A program made the translations under genes and the position numbers. From NCBI GenBank assembly GCA_963808625.1, contig CAWEHK010000052.1, positions 9,105 to 73,104 of the forward strand: a stretch of 64,000 nucleotides of DNA, written 5' to 3'. Positions 53,497 to 63,326 of the stretch are shown here, piece by piece. This stretch comes from an uncultured delta proteobacterium (GTDB taxonomy: Bacteria; Desulfobacterota; Syntrophobacteria; Syntrophobacterales; Syntrophobacteraceae). The notes under the pieces were generated by a model. It was not told the origin of the DNA. It did not search any database and saw only the letters and a program-made list of their open reading frames with translations. The first letter of the stretch is position 1, and the number at the start of each line of letters is the position of its first letter.

Positions 53497-53550
53497 ACAG
53501 TGGTCAGTGACCAGTGGTCAGTGGCCGGTGATCAGTGGTCAGTGATCAGC
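53497..53550. repeat. Heptamer tandem repeat (CAGTGGT/CAGTGAT)
   Basis: cagtggtcagtgaccagtggtcagtggccggtgatcagtggtcagtgatcagcgat. Confidence 0.75.
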
Positions 53551-54000
53551 GATCAACGGTTCAGCTGGGTGAGTGGCAGGAATATCAGATCCTGCCGATC
53601 TTTTGGTCTTGTGTTCAGGCGTTGGTGTACCGTCCCGGGAATTACCGTTAGCGCACGGCGTCTTACGCAAGCCCTTCAGAATATATCATGTTGTTTGCTA
53701 AGATTGTATGAGAAGTTGAAGGGATCGGGTGAAGCTCCGATAGCCGGATCAAAACCGCCCCGCCCTGCCCCTTCCCTTTGCTTTATCGGCGGAGTTCAGT
53801 TATAAGGGAGCCGAGAAGACACATCCCCTCTCCTGGTTCAGCTTCGTCGCGTCTTTCCTCCCTGCTGCCACTGATTGATCAAGAACGCGTTCAGGGACCT
53901 TCTGAGCCTCTTGCGCTGCTTGTCGATTTCGTGGAATGGTCGAAAATCCGAGTTCATGGGGGTGCGTGGTCCCCAGGCCTTGAAAGGAGTTGCTCCCGTC

Positions 54001-54653
54001 GTGATTGAAGTCCCTGCTCTCTTTGCCGGTTCCTTCATGCTGGCGCTCTCGGGTGCGGTCGTCCCCGGCCCATTGTTTACCTTCACCATCTCGGAATCAG
54101 CCCGGCGCGGCTTTCGGGCCGGACCGCTGCTCATTACCGGTCATGCGCTCCTGGAGCTTCTCCTGGTAATCGTCGTGATTCAGGGCCTGGGGGCGTATCT
54201 GAAAATGCCGCTGGTGACCGGCATCATTGCCTTGCTCGGGGGATTGATCCTGATCTTATTCGGTATCGATATGGTCCGGACGGCTGGTAAGATGTCGCTC
54301 GTAATGAAGGTTGAGGGAACCCCCGGGCCGGCTGCCCCCATCCGATTCTGATGGGAATGATCACCAGTCTGGTCAATCCTTATTGGATTCTCTGGTGGGC
54401 GACAGTTGGGCTGGGTTACCTGGTCGCCGCAATGAAGTTTGGCGCCCTGGGGGTCGCGGTCTTCTTTCTGGGACATATTGCCGGCGATTATGCCTGGTAT
54501 AGCCTGGTGTCTCTTGGTGTGAGCAAGGGCCGGAGTTACCTGAAAGATAGCGGATATCGCGTTCTCATCAGGGTTTGTGGAGTTTTTCTGTGCAGTTTTG
54601 GGGCGTGGTTTTTGTTTTCTGCAAGGACCCATTTGATGGATACATCCTTTTGA
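54001..54653 (+). CDS. LysE-family translocator (frameshifted)
   Basis: ALSGAVVPGP, GHALLE, SLVNPYWILWWATVG, GHIAGD. Confidence 0.85.
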
Positions 54654-54699
54654 GAGGGTGAGACCGATGGCACTTGAGAAGGGGGAGAGGGCTCCATCC

Positions 54700-55134
54700 A
54701 TGGATGAGAAGATACGGCAGGCCATGTTCCGGCAGGTTGCAAAGGAGCCTTTTGCGCAAAAATTCGGTCTAAGGCTTATGGCTCTTGGAGAAGGGTATTC
54801 ACTGGTCGAAATGATCGTCACCCAGGACATGGAAAACATGTTTGGGATCGCTCATGGCGGCGCCCTGTTCGCCCTCATTGACGAAGCTTTTGAAACGGCT
54901 TCCAACTCTCATGGCACGGTGGCTGTGGCCTTGAGCATGACGGTGAGCTACATTGCCCCGCCGGCAACGGGGAGCAAACTCACCGCCGAGGCGAAGGAAT
55001 TCAGCCGCACCCGCAAAACCGCGAATTACGACATCAGAGTTCATGACGAACAGGGGCAATTGATTGCTGCCTGTCAGGCCCTCGTTTATCGCAAGGGAAT
55101 TGCTCTTCCTTTTCTGGAAGAGACTCCTGCCTGA
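54700..55134 (+). CDS. paaI: PaaI-family hotdog thioesterase
   Basis: NMFGIAHGGALFALID.AF..ASNSHG..AVAL. Confidence 0.88.
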   Translation: MDEKIRQAMFRQVAKEPFAQKFGLRLMALGEGYSLVEMIVTQDMENMFGIAHGGALFALIDEAFETASNSHGTVAVALSMTVSYIAPPATGSKLTAEAKEFSRTRKTANYDIRVHDEQGQLIAACQALVYRKGIALPFLEETPA

Positions 55135-55142
55135 AATTCATT

Positions 55143-55365
55143 TCACCGCAGAGACGCAGAGAACGCAGAGAAACGCAGAGAAACGCAGAAAAAACCATTG
55201 CCTATAGAAATATCATAATAAGATTTCAAGAACTTGAACTTTAGCAATACAGGGAGTCAAAGTTGGGAGTTTCTCTGCACTGCCGACATGAGATTTCCTG
55301 TAATTCTGCCAAGCTTTTGCTTTAACTTATTGTTTTTCTCTGCGCTCTCTGCGTCTCTGCGGTGA
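55143..55365. repeat. Family A palindromic repeat with AT-rich spacer
   Basis: tcaccgcagagacgcagagaacgcagag ... ctctgcgctctctgcgtctctgcggtga. Confidence 0.75.
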
Positions 55366-55435
55366 GTTCAAAAACGAGAGATGTTGACCCGAACAAATAT
55401 GACCCATCCAAACTGTAGAAAAAAGGGGCGCTACG

Positions 55436-56227
55436 ATGGAGCAAATGAGTACCAGGGAAATGGCGGATTTCATCAGCAACAACGTGCGGCTCAAGACGGC
55501 ACCCGTGGGAGTGAAGTTTCTCAGGGACCGGGCGGAGTTTCCGGAGAAGACGCGCCAGCCGTCAGTCTTTCTCAAGAAAAGGGTGACCGTTTGCCAGGCC
55601 GTTACCATGGCTCGCGTCTATGGCTGGACGGTCGGGTTGACGAAAGATGATCTGATTTGTATTCCTGCAATGCTGGTGTTTGGCTTCACTTCCGCGCCGG
55701 ATCCTGCGGAAACACTCGGAAAGCTATTCTGCCAGATCGATTTTGCGAAGGATGAGGAAGGGGCCAGAAAGGAAATCGATTCCTTGAGCCGCTTCGCCAA
55801 TGAAGAATACCCGGCCATGGTGCTGGCGCCGCTCCAGAGGGGATTGTTCGAGCCTGACACCGTGGCCCTGTATGGTAATCCCGCACAGATCATGCGCCTT
55901 GTTCAGGCCCTGGTCTATGAAAAGGGTGGGCGCATCCCCGGCAATTTCGGCGGGAAGATCGAGTGCAGTGAATACCTGATCGCTCCGTTCAAGAACCAGT
56001 CCCCCCGCGTCACCATTCCCGGCAACGGCGACCGCATCTTTTCCATGACCCAGGACGATGAAATGGTATTTTCGCTGCCAGGCCCGCTGCTGCCGGAGCT
56101 GGTGGAAGGGCTGAAAGAATCGGGAAAGATGGTGGGCGCTCGCTATCCGGTGACCTTCTACCAGAACTTCCAGCCGGAATTCCCCAAACTCTATAAAGAA
56201 CTGGCCACAGAGCTGGGGATTTTCTAG
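55436..56227 (+). CDS. DUF169 family protein
   Basis: PVGVKF, VCQAV..AR..G, C.PA, PD.V..YGNPAQ.MRL, GDR.F....DDE. Confidence 0.85.
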   Translation: MEQMSTREMADFISNNVRLKTAPVGVKFLRDRAEFPEKTRQPSVFLKKRVTVCQAVTMARVYGWTVGLTKDDLICIPAMLVFGFTSAPDPAETLGKLFCQIDFAKDEEGARKEIDSLSRFANEEYPAMVLAPLQRGLFEPDTVALYGNPAQIMRLVQALVYEKGGRIPGNFGGKIECSEYLIAPFKNQSPRVTIPGNGDRIFSMTQDDEMVFSLPGPLLPELVEGLKESGKMVGARYPVTFYQNFQPEFPKLYKELATELGIF

Positions 56228-56348
56228 ACACCATCCACAGCCGGGTGTGCGACTGGAATATCAGTACTGTCGCCTTGACACCGGCGCGCATAATGGCTAC
56301 AGAAGGCTGACAGAAAAGATTGACCATCATCAATGAAAGGAGAAATCA

Positions 56349-56661
56349 GTGGTTCATATTTCTGACGAAGCGGAAAGGGTTTTACAGGATTATTTCAAGG
56401 ACCAGGAGATCGCGCCGATTCGGATCTTTCTTCACGTAGGCGGGTGATCCGGGCCGCAACTGGCCATGGTTCTGGATGAACCTAAAGAAACGGATGAGGT
56501 TTTCAGTGTCAATGGTTTCACGATGTTGATGGACAAAGAACTCGTTGCGCAAACCAAGGAAGTTACCATTGACTACGGCTATGCAAGGGTGTGGGGCTGG
56601 TTTCAGGTTGACGTCCGAAATCCCGATAGCGGGTGGCGGCGGGGGTTCGTGTAGTTGTTAG
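56349..56661 (+). CDS. IscA/HesB-like selenoprotein (TGA at 56445-56447; one indel near 56580)
   Basis: AAGGAG RBS, GTG start; PIRIFLHVGG-U-SGPQLAMVLDEP; shifted tail GFRLTSEIP..GGGGSCSC. Confidence 0.85.
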
Positions 56662-56703
56662 GGGAGCGGAACGAGAGAAGACCAGTATCTGAGTCGTTAA
56701 AGG

Positions 56704-56738
56704 AAGCGGGGGGCGCAGGCAGCGTCCTCCGCTTTTTT
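56704..56738. terminator. Intrinsic terminator between convergent genes
   Basis: aagcggggggcgc-aggca-gcgtcctccgctt followed by further T residues. Confidence 0.75.
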
Positions 56739-56743
56739 CATCA

Positions 56744-58114
56744 TCATGACCGCTTGTCGTTCTTTTTGGGTGTCTCGGGTACCACTTTTTGCCTGGCGCT
56801 ATTGGAGGGCTTGCTGACAACCTGAACGGTGGAAGGTTTTTCCGGTTCTTTTTGCTTCTTAGAAACGCCCCCATTGGGGGCTGCTGTCGCTTCTTTTCCC
56901 GGCGAGCCTTTCTTCGATAAGGCATCGCCCGCTGCGCTTTCCGATTTCTCGGCTGTTCCCGCTTTCTTGAGCGGCATGGTTTGCTCAACCAGCAGGAGTT
57001 TTGGTTTGCTCCCCGTGGTGCCTGGCTTTGGTTGTTTCACGACCGGCCCGGAGTCCCCGGTTCTTGTCGTCTTCTTTTCCACCTGGGGCTGCTTGGTTGC
57101 TGCTCTATTGCGGGTCTTCGGGAGTCCCTGGGCTTTCCCTGAGGCCCTCAGTCCCTTTGAGCGCTTCAGGTGTGCGGAGTTCCCGTCGCCTGCCGCGGAA
57201 GGGGCTGCGCAAGCCAACCGCGTATTCCTGCCTTGCCCTGAGGTTTCCCGTTTTGCCAGGATCTCTTCGATTGAGCTATTGTCTCCTGAATCCGCATTCA
57301 GCTTTTGAAAGCCTGCTTCCAGAAGTTTTTCCGTTTCGATGGTGCGTACCCAGGGAGCGCGCGCGCCCAGGACTACGGCGATCAGGCGCACATCGCCACG
57401 TTTGGCGGTTGCCGCAAGGTTGAATCCCGAGGCGCAGACGAAGCCCGTCTTGATGCCGTCGACCCCCGGGCAGACCCCGAGCAGGCGGTTGGCATTATGA
57501 TGCGTAGAGTTGCAATAGGTATAGGAAGTCATGGAATGAATGTGGAGCGCCTCCGGGTAGTGTCGAAGGTACGATAAGGAAAGCTTGGATAAATCACGCG
57601 CTGTCGTGACCTGACCTTTGGCGGGAAGACCATTGGGAGTCTTGAATTCAGAATTGAGCATCCCGAGCGCTTTTGCCTTATTGTTCATCTTCTCAACGAA
57701 ATTTTCGACACTTCCCCCTACGTGTTCTGCCGCAGCGACGGCGGCATCGTTCCCGGAAACTACCGCGATGCCTTTGATGAGCTCCTCGAGGGGAACTTCT
57801 CTGCCCGCCCTGAGGCCCATCCTGGACCCTCCTGTGTTGGCCGCTCGAGGGCTGATTCTCACAAGGTCCCAGGGACGAACCTGCCCCTGCTTGATGGCGT
57901 CAAAAACAAGGTAGAGCGTCAGAATCTTGGTGACCGAGGCCGGAGGGATGAGCGCGTCGGCATCTTGCTCATAGAGGACCTGTCCGTCTCCGGCATCGAT
58001 AAGAATGGCAGAACGGGAACAAATATAAGAAGCCCTGGCGTCACTGATTATTGAAAGCAAGGAGAAAGTGACGAGCAACAAGAACAGGGCGGTACCATGC
58101 AACCATCTGAACAT
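56744..58114 (-). CDS. D-alanyl-D-alanine carboxypeptidase (peptidase S11) with long basic tail
   Basis: PASVTK (SxxK), SGNDAA (SxN), GIKTGF (KTG); signal peptide. Confidence 0.92.
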   Translation of the reverse strand: MFRWLHGTALFLLLVTFSLLSIISDARASYICSRSAILIDAGDGQVLYEQDADALIPPASVTKILTLYLVFDAIKQGQVRPWDLVRISPRAANTGGSRMGLRAGREVPLEELIKGIAVVSGNDAAVAAAEHVGGSVENFVEKMNNKAKALGMLNSEFKTPNGLPAKGQVTTARDLSKLSLSYLRHYPEALHIHSMTSYTYCNSTHHNANRLLGVCPGVDGIKTGFVCASGFNLAATAKRGDVRLIAVVLGARAPWVRTIETEKLLEAGFQKLNADSGDNSSIEEILAKRETSGQGRNTRLACAAPSAAGDGNSAHLKRSKGLRASGKAQGLPKTRNRAATKQPQVEKKTTRTGDSGPVVKQPKPGTTGSKPKLLLVEQTMPLKKAGTAEKSESAAGDALSKKGSPGKEATAAPNGGVSKKQKEPEKPSTVQVVSKPSNSARQKVVPETPKKNDKRS

Positions 58115-58169
58115 CTCCGTGACTCCTTCCGGCGTCCCTTGGTCCTGACCTTCTATGGTCTATCTTCCC

Positions 58170-58287
58170 AAGGTGCGGTGCGGCATCCTGTAACCCTATG
58201 GATCACCAGGAGGGACGCTGCAAGCTATCGGTAAAGCCGAGCCCAGGGAGCTGCTCCCCGGCGATGGCTCACCCCATGCCGCACCTT
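58170..58287 (-). ncRNA. Candidate structured RNA / 5' leader of the carboxypeptidase gene
   Basis: Ends AAGGTGCGGCAT / ATGCCGCACCGCACCTT pair; three internal hairpins; TTGACA about 45 nt upstream on the minus strand. Confidence 0.35.
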
Positions 58288-58357
58288 CGCGTCTCATGCG
58301 TCAACTCTATGTTCAGTCTTGCTCGATTTGTCAATAAAAAATGCCTTATGGGAAATT

Positions 58358-58616
58358 AGTGCTGGGTGCTGGGTGCATGGTGTGTGGTGGGTGTTTGGCG
58401 TTTTGGGGAGATTTCATTCACCGGGCTGCCTTGTACAGCACCACGTGAATAAGTGTCCAGATTCAGTGTGTCATATTGGCGAAAGCCGGTATCCACTCAG
58501 CTCTTCTAGATTCCGGTTGCCACCGGAATGACGCTAAAGGATCATGACCACTTCATTCTGTGCACCCAGCACTCAGCACTCAGCACTCAGCACCCAGCAC
58601 CCAGCACTCAGCACCA
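58358..58616. repeat. Inverted heptamer arrays (TGCTGGG)n...(CAGCACY)n enclosing a MITE/family C remnant
   Basis: tgctgggtgctgggtgcatgg...; cagcactcagcactcagcactcagcacccagcacc; internal tacagcaccacgtgaataagtgtcc and gattccgg...ccggaatgac. Confidence 0.7.
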
Positions 58617-58738
58617 AAAGCTCTTCCGTTCACTTAAATTTTGCAATGATATCCAAACATTTGCTATATAGGTTGCAGACAACTCGAGAAGGTGCTTCAT
58701 AACCGCATCGAACGCCTCGAAGGGAAGGAAATGATGAA

Positions 58739-59761
58739 ATGATCGGTCGCATGCTGGATTTCCTGTCCAAGGACATGGCTATGGATCTGGGTACCGCCAA
58801 CACCTTGATCTATGTGCGCGGCAAAGGTGTGGTTCTCGATGAACCATCGATGGTGGCACAGGACAAGGAAACCAAGAAAGTGGTTGCCATTGGCAAGGAA
58901 GCCCGGGAGCTCGCGGGGCGGCATGGCAAAAACATCATCAGTTCTCGCCCGCTCAGAGACGGCGTGATCAGCGATTTTGATACGGCTTCGTTGATGATTC
59001 GTTCGTTTCTGGAGAAAGTCTTCCGGCGCATGCCGCTGTCCCGCCCGAAACTGGTGGTTGCGGTTCCCGCCGGCATCACCTCGGTCGAGAAACGTGCCGT
59101 GATGGAGGCATCGGAGAGGTCGGGGGCGGGAAAAGTCTACCTGATCGAGGAGCCCATGGCGGCAGCCATCGGCACCGGCTTGCCCATCGATAAGCCCATG
59201 GGACAGATGGTTGTGGATATCGGGGGAGGCACCACCGAAGTGGCGGTAATCTCGAAGTTTGCCGTAGCCTGCAGTGAATCCTTGCGGGTGGCCGGGGATG
59301 AGGCGAATGAGGCGATCTGCAAATATATCAGGAGCGAGCACCAGATTTACATCAGTGAGATGATGGCCGAGATCATCAAAATCAAAATCGGTTCCGCCGT
59401 GCCTCTCAAGAAGACCCTCGAGCTCAAACTCCGGGGCAAGGACCTTACTACGAGCATGCCCAAAGTTGTCACCATCACCGATGCGGATGTTCGCACGGCG
59501 ATCAAGGAGCCGACCATGGCAATTGTTGAAGCGGTGCGGCGGGTGCTGGAAAAAATGTCCCCGGACCTTGCTTCGGATGTGGCTGAAAATGGCATCTGGC
59601 TGGCGGGCGGCGGGGCCCTCCTGAAAGGTTTGAGGTTGTTGGTGCATCAGGCCACCGGGCTCGACGTCAAGAAGTCCGAAGATCCGCTTCGCGCAGTCAT
59701 CCGGGGCGCCGGGGCCGTTACCGAGCATTTCGACTTTTATCGCACCGTTTTCCTCAATTGA
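58739..59761 (+). CDS. mreB: MreB-like actin homolog
   Basis: MDLGTANTL, RPLRDGVI, IEEPMAAAIG, VDIGGGTTEVA, LAGGGALL. Confidence 0.92.
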   Translation: MIGRMLDFLSKDMAMDLGTANTLIYVRGKGVVLDEPSMVAQDKETKKVVAIGKEARELAGRHGKNIISSRPLRDGVISDFDTASLMIRSFLEKVFRRMPLSRPKLVVAVPAGITSVEKRAVMEASERSGAGKVYLIEEPMAAAIGTGLPIDKPMGQMVVDIGGGTTEVAVISKFAVACSESLRVAGDEANEAICKYIRSEHQIYISEMMAEIIKIKIGSAVPLKKTLELKLRGKDLTTSMPKVVTITDADVRTAIKEPTMAIVEAVRRVLEKMSPDLASDVAENGIWLAGGGALLKGLRLLVHQATGLDVKKSEDPLRAVIRGAGAVTEHFDFYRTVFLN

Positions 59762-59875
59762 ACGGCGGGAGGCGTCCCCTGTCTCTCAGAGCCCGCCGCT
59801 AATACTTCCCGGCATCGACAACAAAGGGTGCCTGGTGGAAGGGCCTCTTCACCGGAAGCGGATGGTATCGTCACA

Positions 59876-59904
59876 TTGACAGCCTTTGGGCTTTCCGTTA
59901 GCAT
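59876..59904 (+). promoter_or_regulatory. Putative sigma70 promoter
   Basis: TTGACA-17 nt-TAGCAT upstream of the hydantoinase-like gene. Confidence 0.55.
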
Positions 59905-59987
59905 TCCTATGGATCTATTGTTACCCTGAGCGGCAGGTTGCGTGGGGATCGTAAGAATAAATGGTATCTCAGGCGTAGAGGGAAGAC

Positions 59988-61692
59988 ATGATCATCGGAC
60001 TTGATGTAGGCGGCACCAACACGGACGTGGTCCTCATTGGAAAAGATCGCATTCTGCGCCAGACGAAGGTCCCTACGGATCATTCCAATCTCTTTGAAAG
60101 TGTCTGGAAGGGATTGGACGAGATCACCCGGGACGTTCCTGCGGAGAGTATTGGCCGTGTGGTTTTGAGCACCACGCTCACGACCAATGCCATCGTGGAA
60201 AAGAAACTTGTTGCCACGGGCATGATTGTCTGCAGTGGGCCGGGAATCGACCCCGAGCTGTTCCGCACGAACGAGCATTATGCCTGTGTCTCCGGCTCGG
60301 TTGATCATCGCGGACGCGAGGTTCGGCCCATAGATCCCACGGAAATTCGAGCGATCGGCGCGCGGTGGCGCGCTGCGGGCCTGAAGCACGCCGGTATCGT
60401 GGGTAAGTTTTCGGTGCGCAACCCGAAGCAGGAACTCGAAATCCAGGAGATTCTTGGTGGGGATTTCGAGTTCATTGCCCTTGGCCATCGCCTTTCCGGG
60501 AACCTCAGTTTTCCTCGGCGGATTGCCACGGCCTATCTGAATGCTGCAGTTTACCCGATTCACCGGAGGTTTTTTGAGGCGGTGCGGGATTCTCTCGACA
60601 AGAAGGGCCTCCGCATCCCGATCTACATCCTCAAGGCCGACGGCGGCACGATGAGCTCGAGTCGTCCATGGCTTATCCGGGGCAGACCATTCTTTCCGGT
60701 CCCGCGGCCAGCGTGATGGGTTCGCTCCCCTTTGCCTCCGGGACCGAAGAGACGCTGGTTCTGGATATCGGCGGGACCACAACAGACATGGCTGTGCTCA
60801 TCCGTCGAGCCCCGCTGCTCGATCCTGTCGGCATCGAGCTCAGTGGCCACAAGACCCTGATTCGCTCTCTGAAAACGCGCTCCATGGGCCTGGGTGGCGA
60901 CAGTGCGGTGCGGCTGGTGAACGGCGAGGTGGTCATCGGCCCCGACCGCCAGGGTCCTCCCATGGCCTATGGGGGCCAGGTCCCAACCCCTACCGATGCC
61001 CTGATCGTGCTCGGGGAGTTCTCGGATGGCGATGTCCGGGCCTCTTTCAACGGCCTCAAGTCTTTCGCAGACCAACTGGGCATGCCCCTCGAAAAGGCCG
61101 CAGATCGCATCTTCAACCAGGCCTGCCAGAAGATCATGGAAGGGGCGGGGCAAATGATCGCAGACATCAACAGCAAGCCTGTTTACACCGTTCACGAGAT
61201 CCTGGAAGGCTACCATGTGGAGCCAAAAGAGATGCTGGTTTTGGGCGGGCCGGCGCCGGCTTTCGCCGCCAGGTTCGCCGCCTTGACCGATTCTCGGGTG
61301 CGCGTGGTCCCGCAATGGCAAGTGGCCAATGCCATTGGTGCGGCCCTGGCCAAAACCACCTCCGAGGTCACGCTCTTTGCCGATACCGAGCAAGGGATGG
61401 CGGTGGCGCCGGAGGAGGAGTTTTCGCAAGCCGTCAAGAGAGATTTTGACAAGCAGGGGGCAGTCAAGCTGGCCTTCGATCTGCTCCGGAAAAAATGCAT
61501 CAAACAAGGGGCCACGGAGCGGGAAGTCGAAATGGAAGTTCTCGAAGAGCTCAATTCAACATGGTGCGCGGCTTTTACACCACGGGCCGAAATATCAGGG
61601 TTAAGGTGCAGGTCAAACCGGGTCTGATTCCGGAATATCGTGAAATAGCGGAAACCCTGTTTAAGGACGACTCCATGAAGGAGACTGTTTAG
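59988..61692 (+). CDS. Hydantoinase A/oxoprolinase family protein (two frameshifts)
   Basis: IGLDVGGTNTD, LSTTLTTNA, TILSGPAAS, LDIGGTTTD, PTPTDA, VANAIGAA. Confidence 0.9.
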
Positions 61693-61792
61693 CTCCACTT
61701 CGATCGTCGCCAGATTCGAGACTCGAGGGCGAGCGAGCAGGTGGCAGGAACTTGGTCTGCGTAATCAAGCTCCTGAGGAGAGGAACCCAATC

Positions 61793-63115
61793 ATGCTCCA
61801 TACCAAAACAAAAACGGGGCTGGTCTTTTTCCCGGCCTTTGACTGGGCCATCAGCGCCACCCACCCTGAGCGGGAAGAGCGCCTGCTCTATACTCAGGAT
61901 CAGGTGTTTGAAGAAGGGCTTCTCGATGTCGAAGGCATCATTGAATTCAAGCCCGATTTAGCCACGGTGGAAGACATCCGGCGCGTGCATTTCTGCTATC
62001 CGGACGAGCGGAGGGTAATCACGGAATCGCACCTCATCAGTGCCGGCGGCGCCAAAAGAATCGGCATCGAAGTGATGGAGAAGCGCGTTGAGCGAGGGTT
62101 TGCCCTGGTGCGGCCGCCGGGACATCACGCCATGCGGGTGGTCCATGGCGCCCGGGGATTCTGCAACATCAACATTGAAGCCATGATGATCGAGTACCTG
62201 CGGCAGCATTACGGCGTCGACCGGGTGGCCATTGTGGACACCGACTGTCACCATGGCGACGGGACCCAGGACATCTACTGGCATGACCCGGACACCCTCT
62301 TTATTTCGGTTCACCAGGATGGTCGAACCCTCTATCCGGGTTCGGGGTTCCACAATGAAATGGGGGGACCCACCGCGGTCGGGAGCACGGTTAATATTCC
62401 CCTTCCGCCCCGCACTTCTGAAGAAGGATTTTTGTACGTGCTCGATAAGGTGATCCTACCTATCCTCGCGGAATTCAAACCGGACCTTGTCATCAATTCT
62501 GCGGGCCAGGACAATCACTACACCGATCCGATTACGAACATGTGCTTTTCCGCCCAGGGATATGCCGAGCTCACCAGCCGTCTGCGGCCGGACATCGCCG
62601 TTTTGGAGGGCGGGTACTCGATTGAGGGCGCCCTTCCGTACGTCAATGTGGGAATTATCATGGCCCTGGCGGGGATGGATTACAGCAAGGTGAAGGAGCC
62701 CGATTACCAGCCGGACAAAACGCGGCAGTCCCGCGACACCACCCGCTATATCGAGAAACTGGCGACGGCGATCATGGAAGACCGGGAAAAGAACGCCAAT
62801 CTTCGGGAAAAGCATCGAGCCAGCCTGAAATTCGCCAAACGGGAACGAAGTATCTTTTACGATACCGACCAGATTCATGAAGACCAGCGCGAAAATCTGC
62901 GGGTATGTCCGGATTGCAGCGGGGTCCTGGCGATCGATTCCGATACCGATAGAGGAAACAAGATCTACGCGGTGCACATTCCGAGGAAAGCCTGCAAGGC
63001 GTGTCAGGAGCTTGGTTACCAATGGTTCGAATCGTTCGAGGGTAAATATTCTGACGGCGTCTTCCTCCAGGATCGAACCCGCGACGAGTACCTGGTGCGC
63101 GGGAAGAAGCGGTGA
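61793..63115 (+). CDS. Histone deacetylase family protein with C-terminal Cys motifs
   Basis: HPERE, RPPGHHA, GFC, DCHHGDGT, SAGQD, LEGGY. Confidence 0.92.
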   Translation: MLHTKTKTGLVFFPAFDWAISATHPEREERLLYTQDQVFEEGLLDVEGIIEFKPDLATVEDIRRVHFCYPDERRVITESHLISAGGAKRIGIEVMEKRVERGFALVRPPGHHAMRVVHGARGFCNINIEAMMIEYLRQHYGVDRVAIVDTDCHHGDGTQDIYWHDPDTLFISVHQDGRTLYPGSGFHNEMGGPTAVGSTVNIPLPPRTSEEGFLYVLDKVILPILAEFKPDLVINSAGQDNHYTDPITNMCFSAQGYAELTSRLRPDIAVLEGGYSIEGALPYVNVGIIMALAGMDYSKVKEPDYQPDKTRQSRDTTRYIEKLATAIMEDREKNANLREKHRASLKFAKRERSIFYDTDQIHEDQRENLRVCPDCSGVLAIDSDTDRGNKIYAVHIPRKACKACQELGYQWFESFEGKYSDGVFLQDRTRDEYLVRGKKR

Positions 63116-63136
63116 CCCGGCAAGATTAGAGCCAGG

Positions 63137-63287
63137 TACAGCACCGCAAAAAAGGGTGTCCATTACCCCGGTCGTCATTCCCGCATGCTTTTAGCGGGAA
63201 TCCAGAGAATTTGCCCGGCCTGGATTCCCGCCAGAAAAACGCGGGAATGACGTCTCGAATTAGAACACTTATTTATGCGGAACTGCA
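63137..63287. mobile_element. MITE-like element with ~25-bp imperfect TIRs enclosing a family C palindrome
   Basis: tacagcaccgcaaaaaagggtgtcc ... gaacacttatttatgcggaactgca; internal gtcattcccgcatgcttttagcgggaatccag / ctggattcccgccagaaaaacgcgggaatgac. Confidence 0.6.
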
Positions 63288-63326
63288 CTAGAGGGAAGGG
63301 CTAAGAGCCAAGAGCGGGTTTTTGCC

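Noticed and set aside
58170..58287. c-di-AMP or c-di-GMP riboswitch, SRP RNA, 5S rRNA or tRNA-Sec identity for the structured element
   Set aside because: I could not find the diagnostic conserved sequences of these families on either strand; kept only as an unnamed candidate
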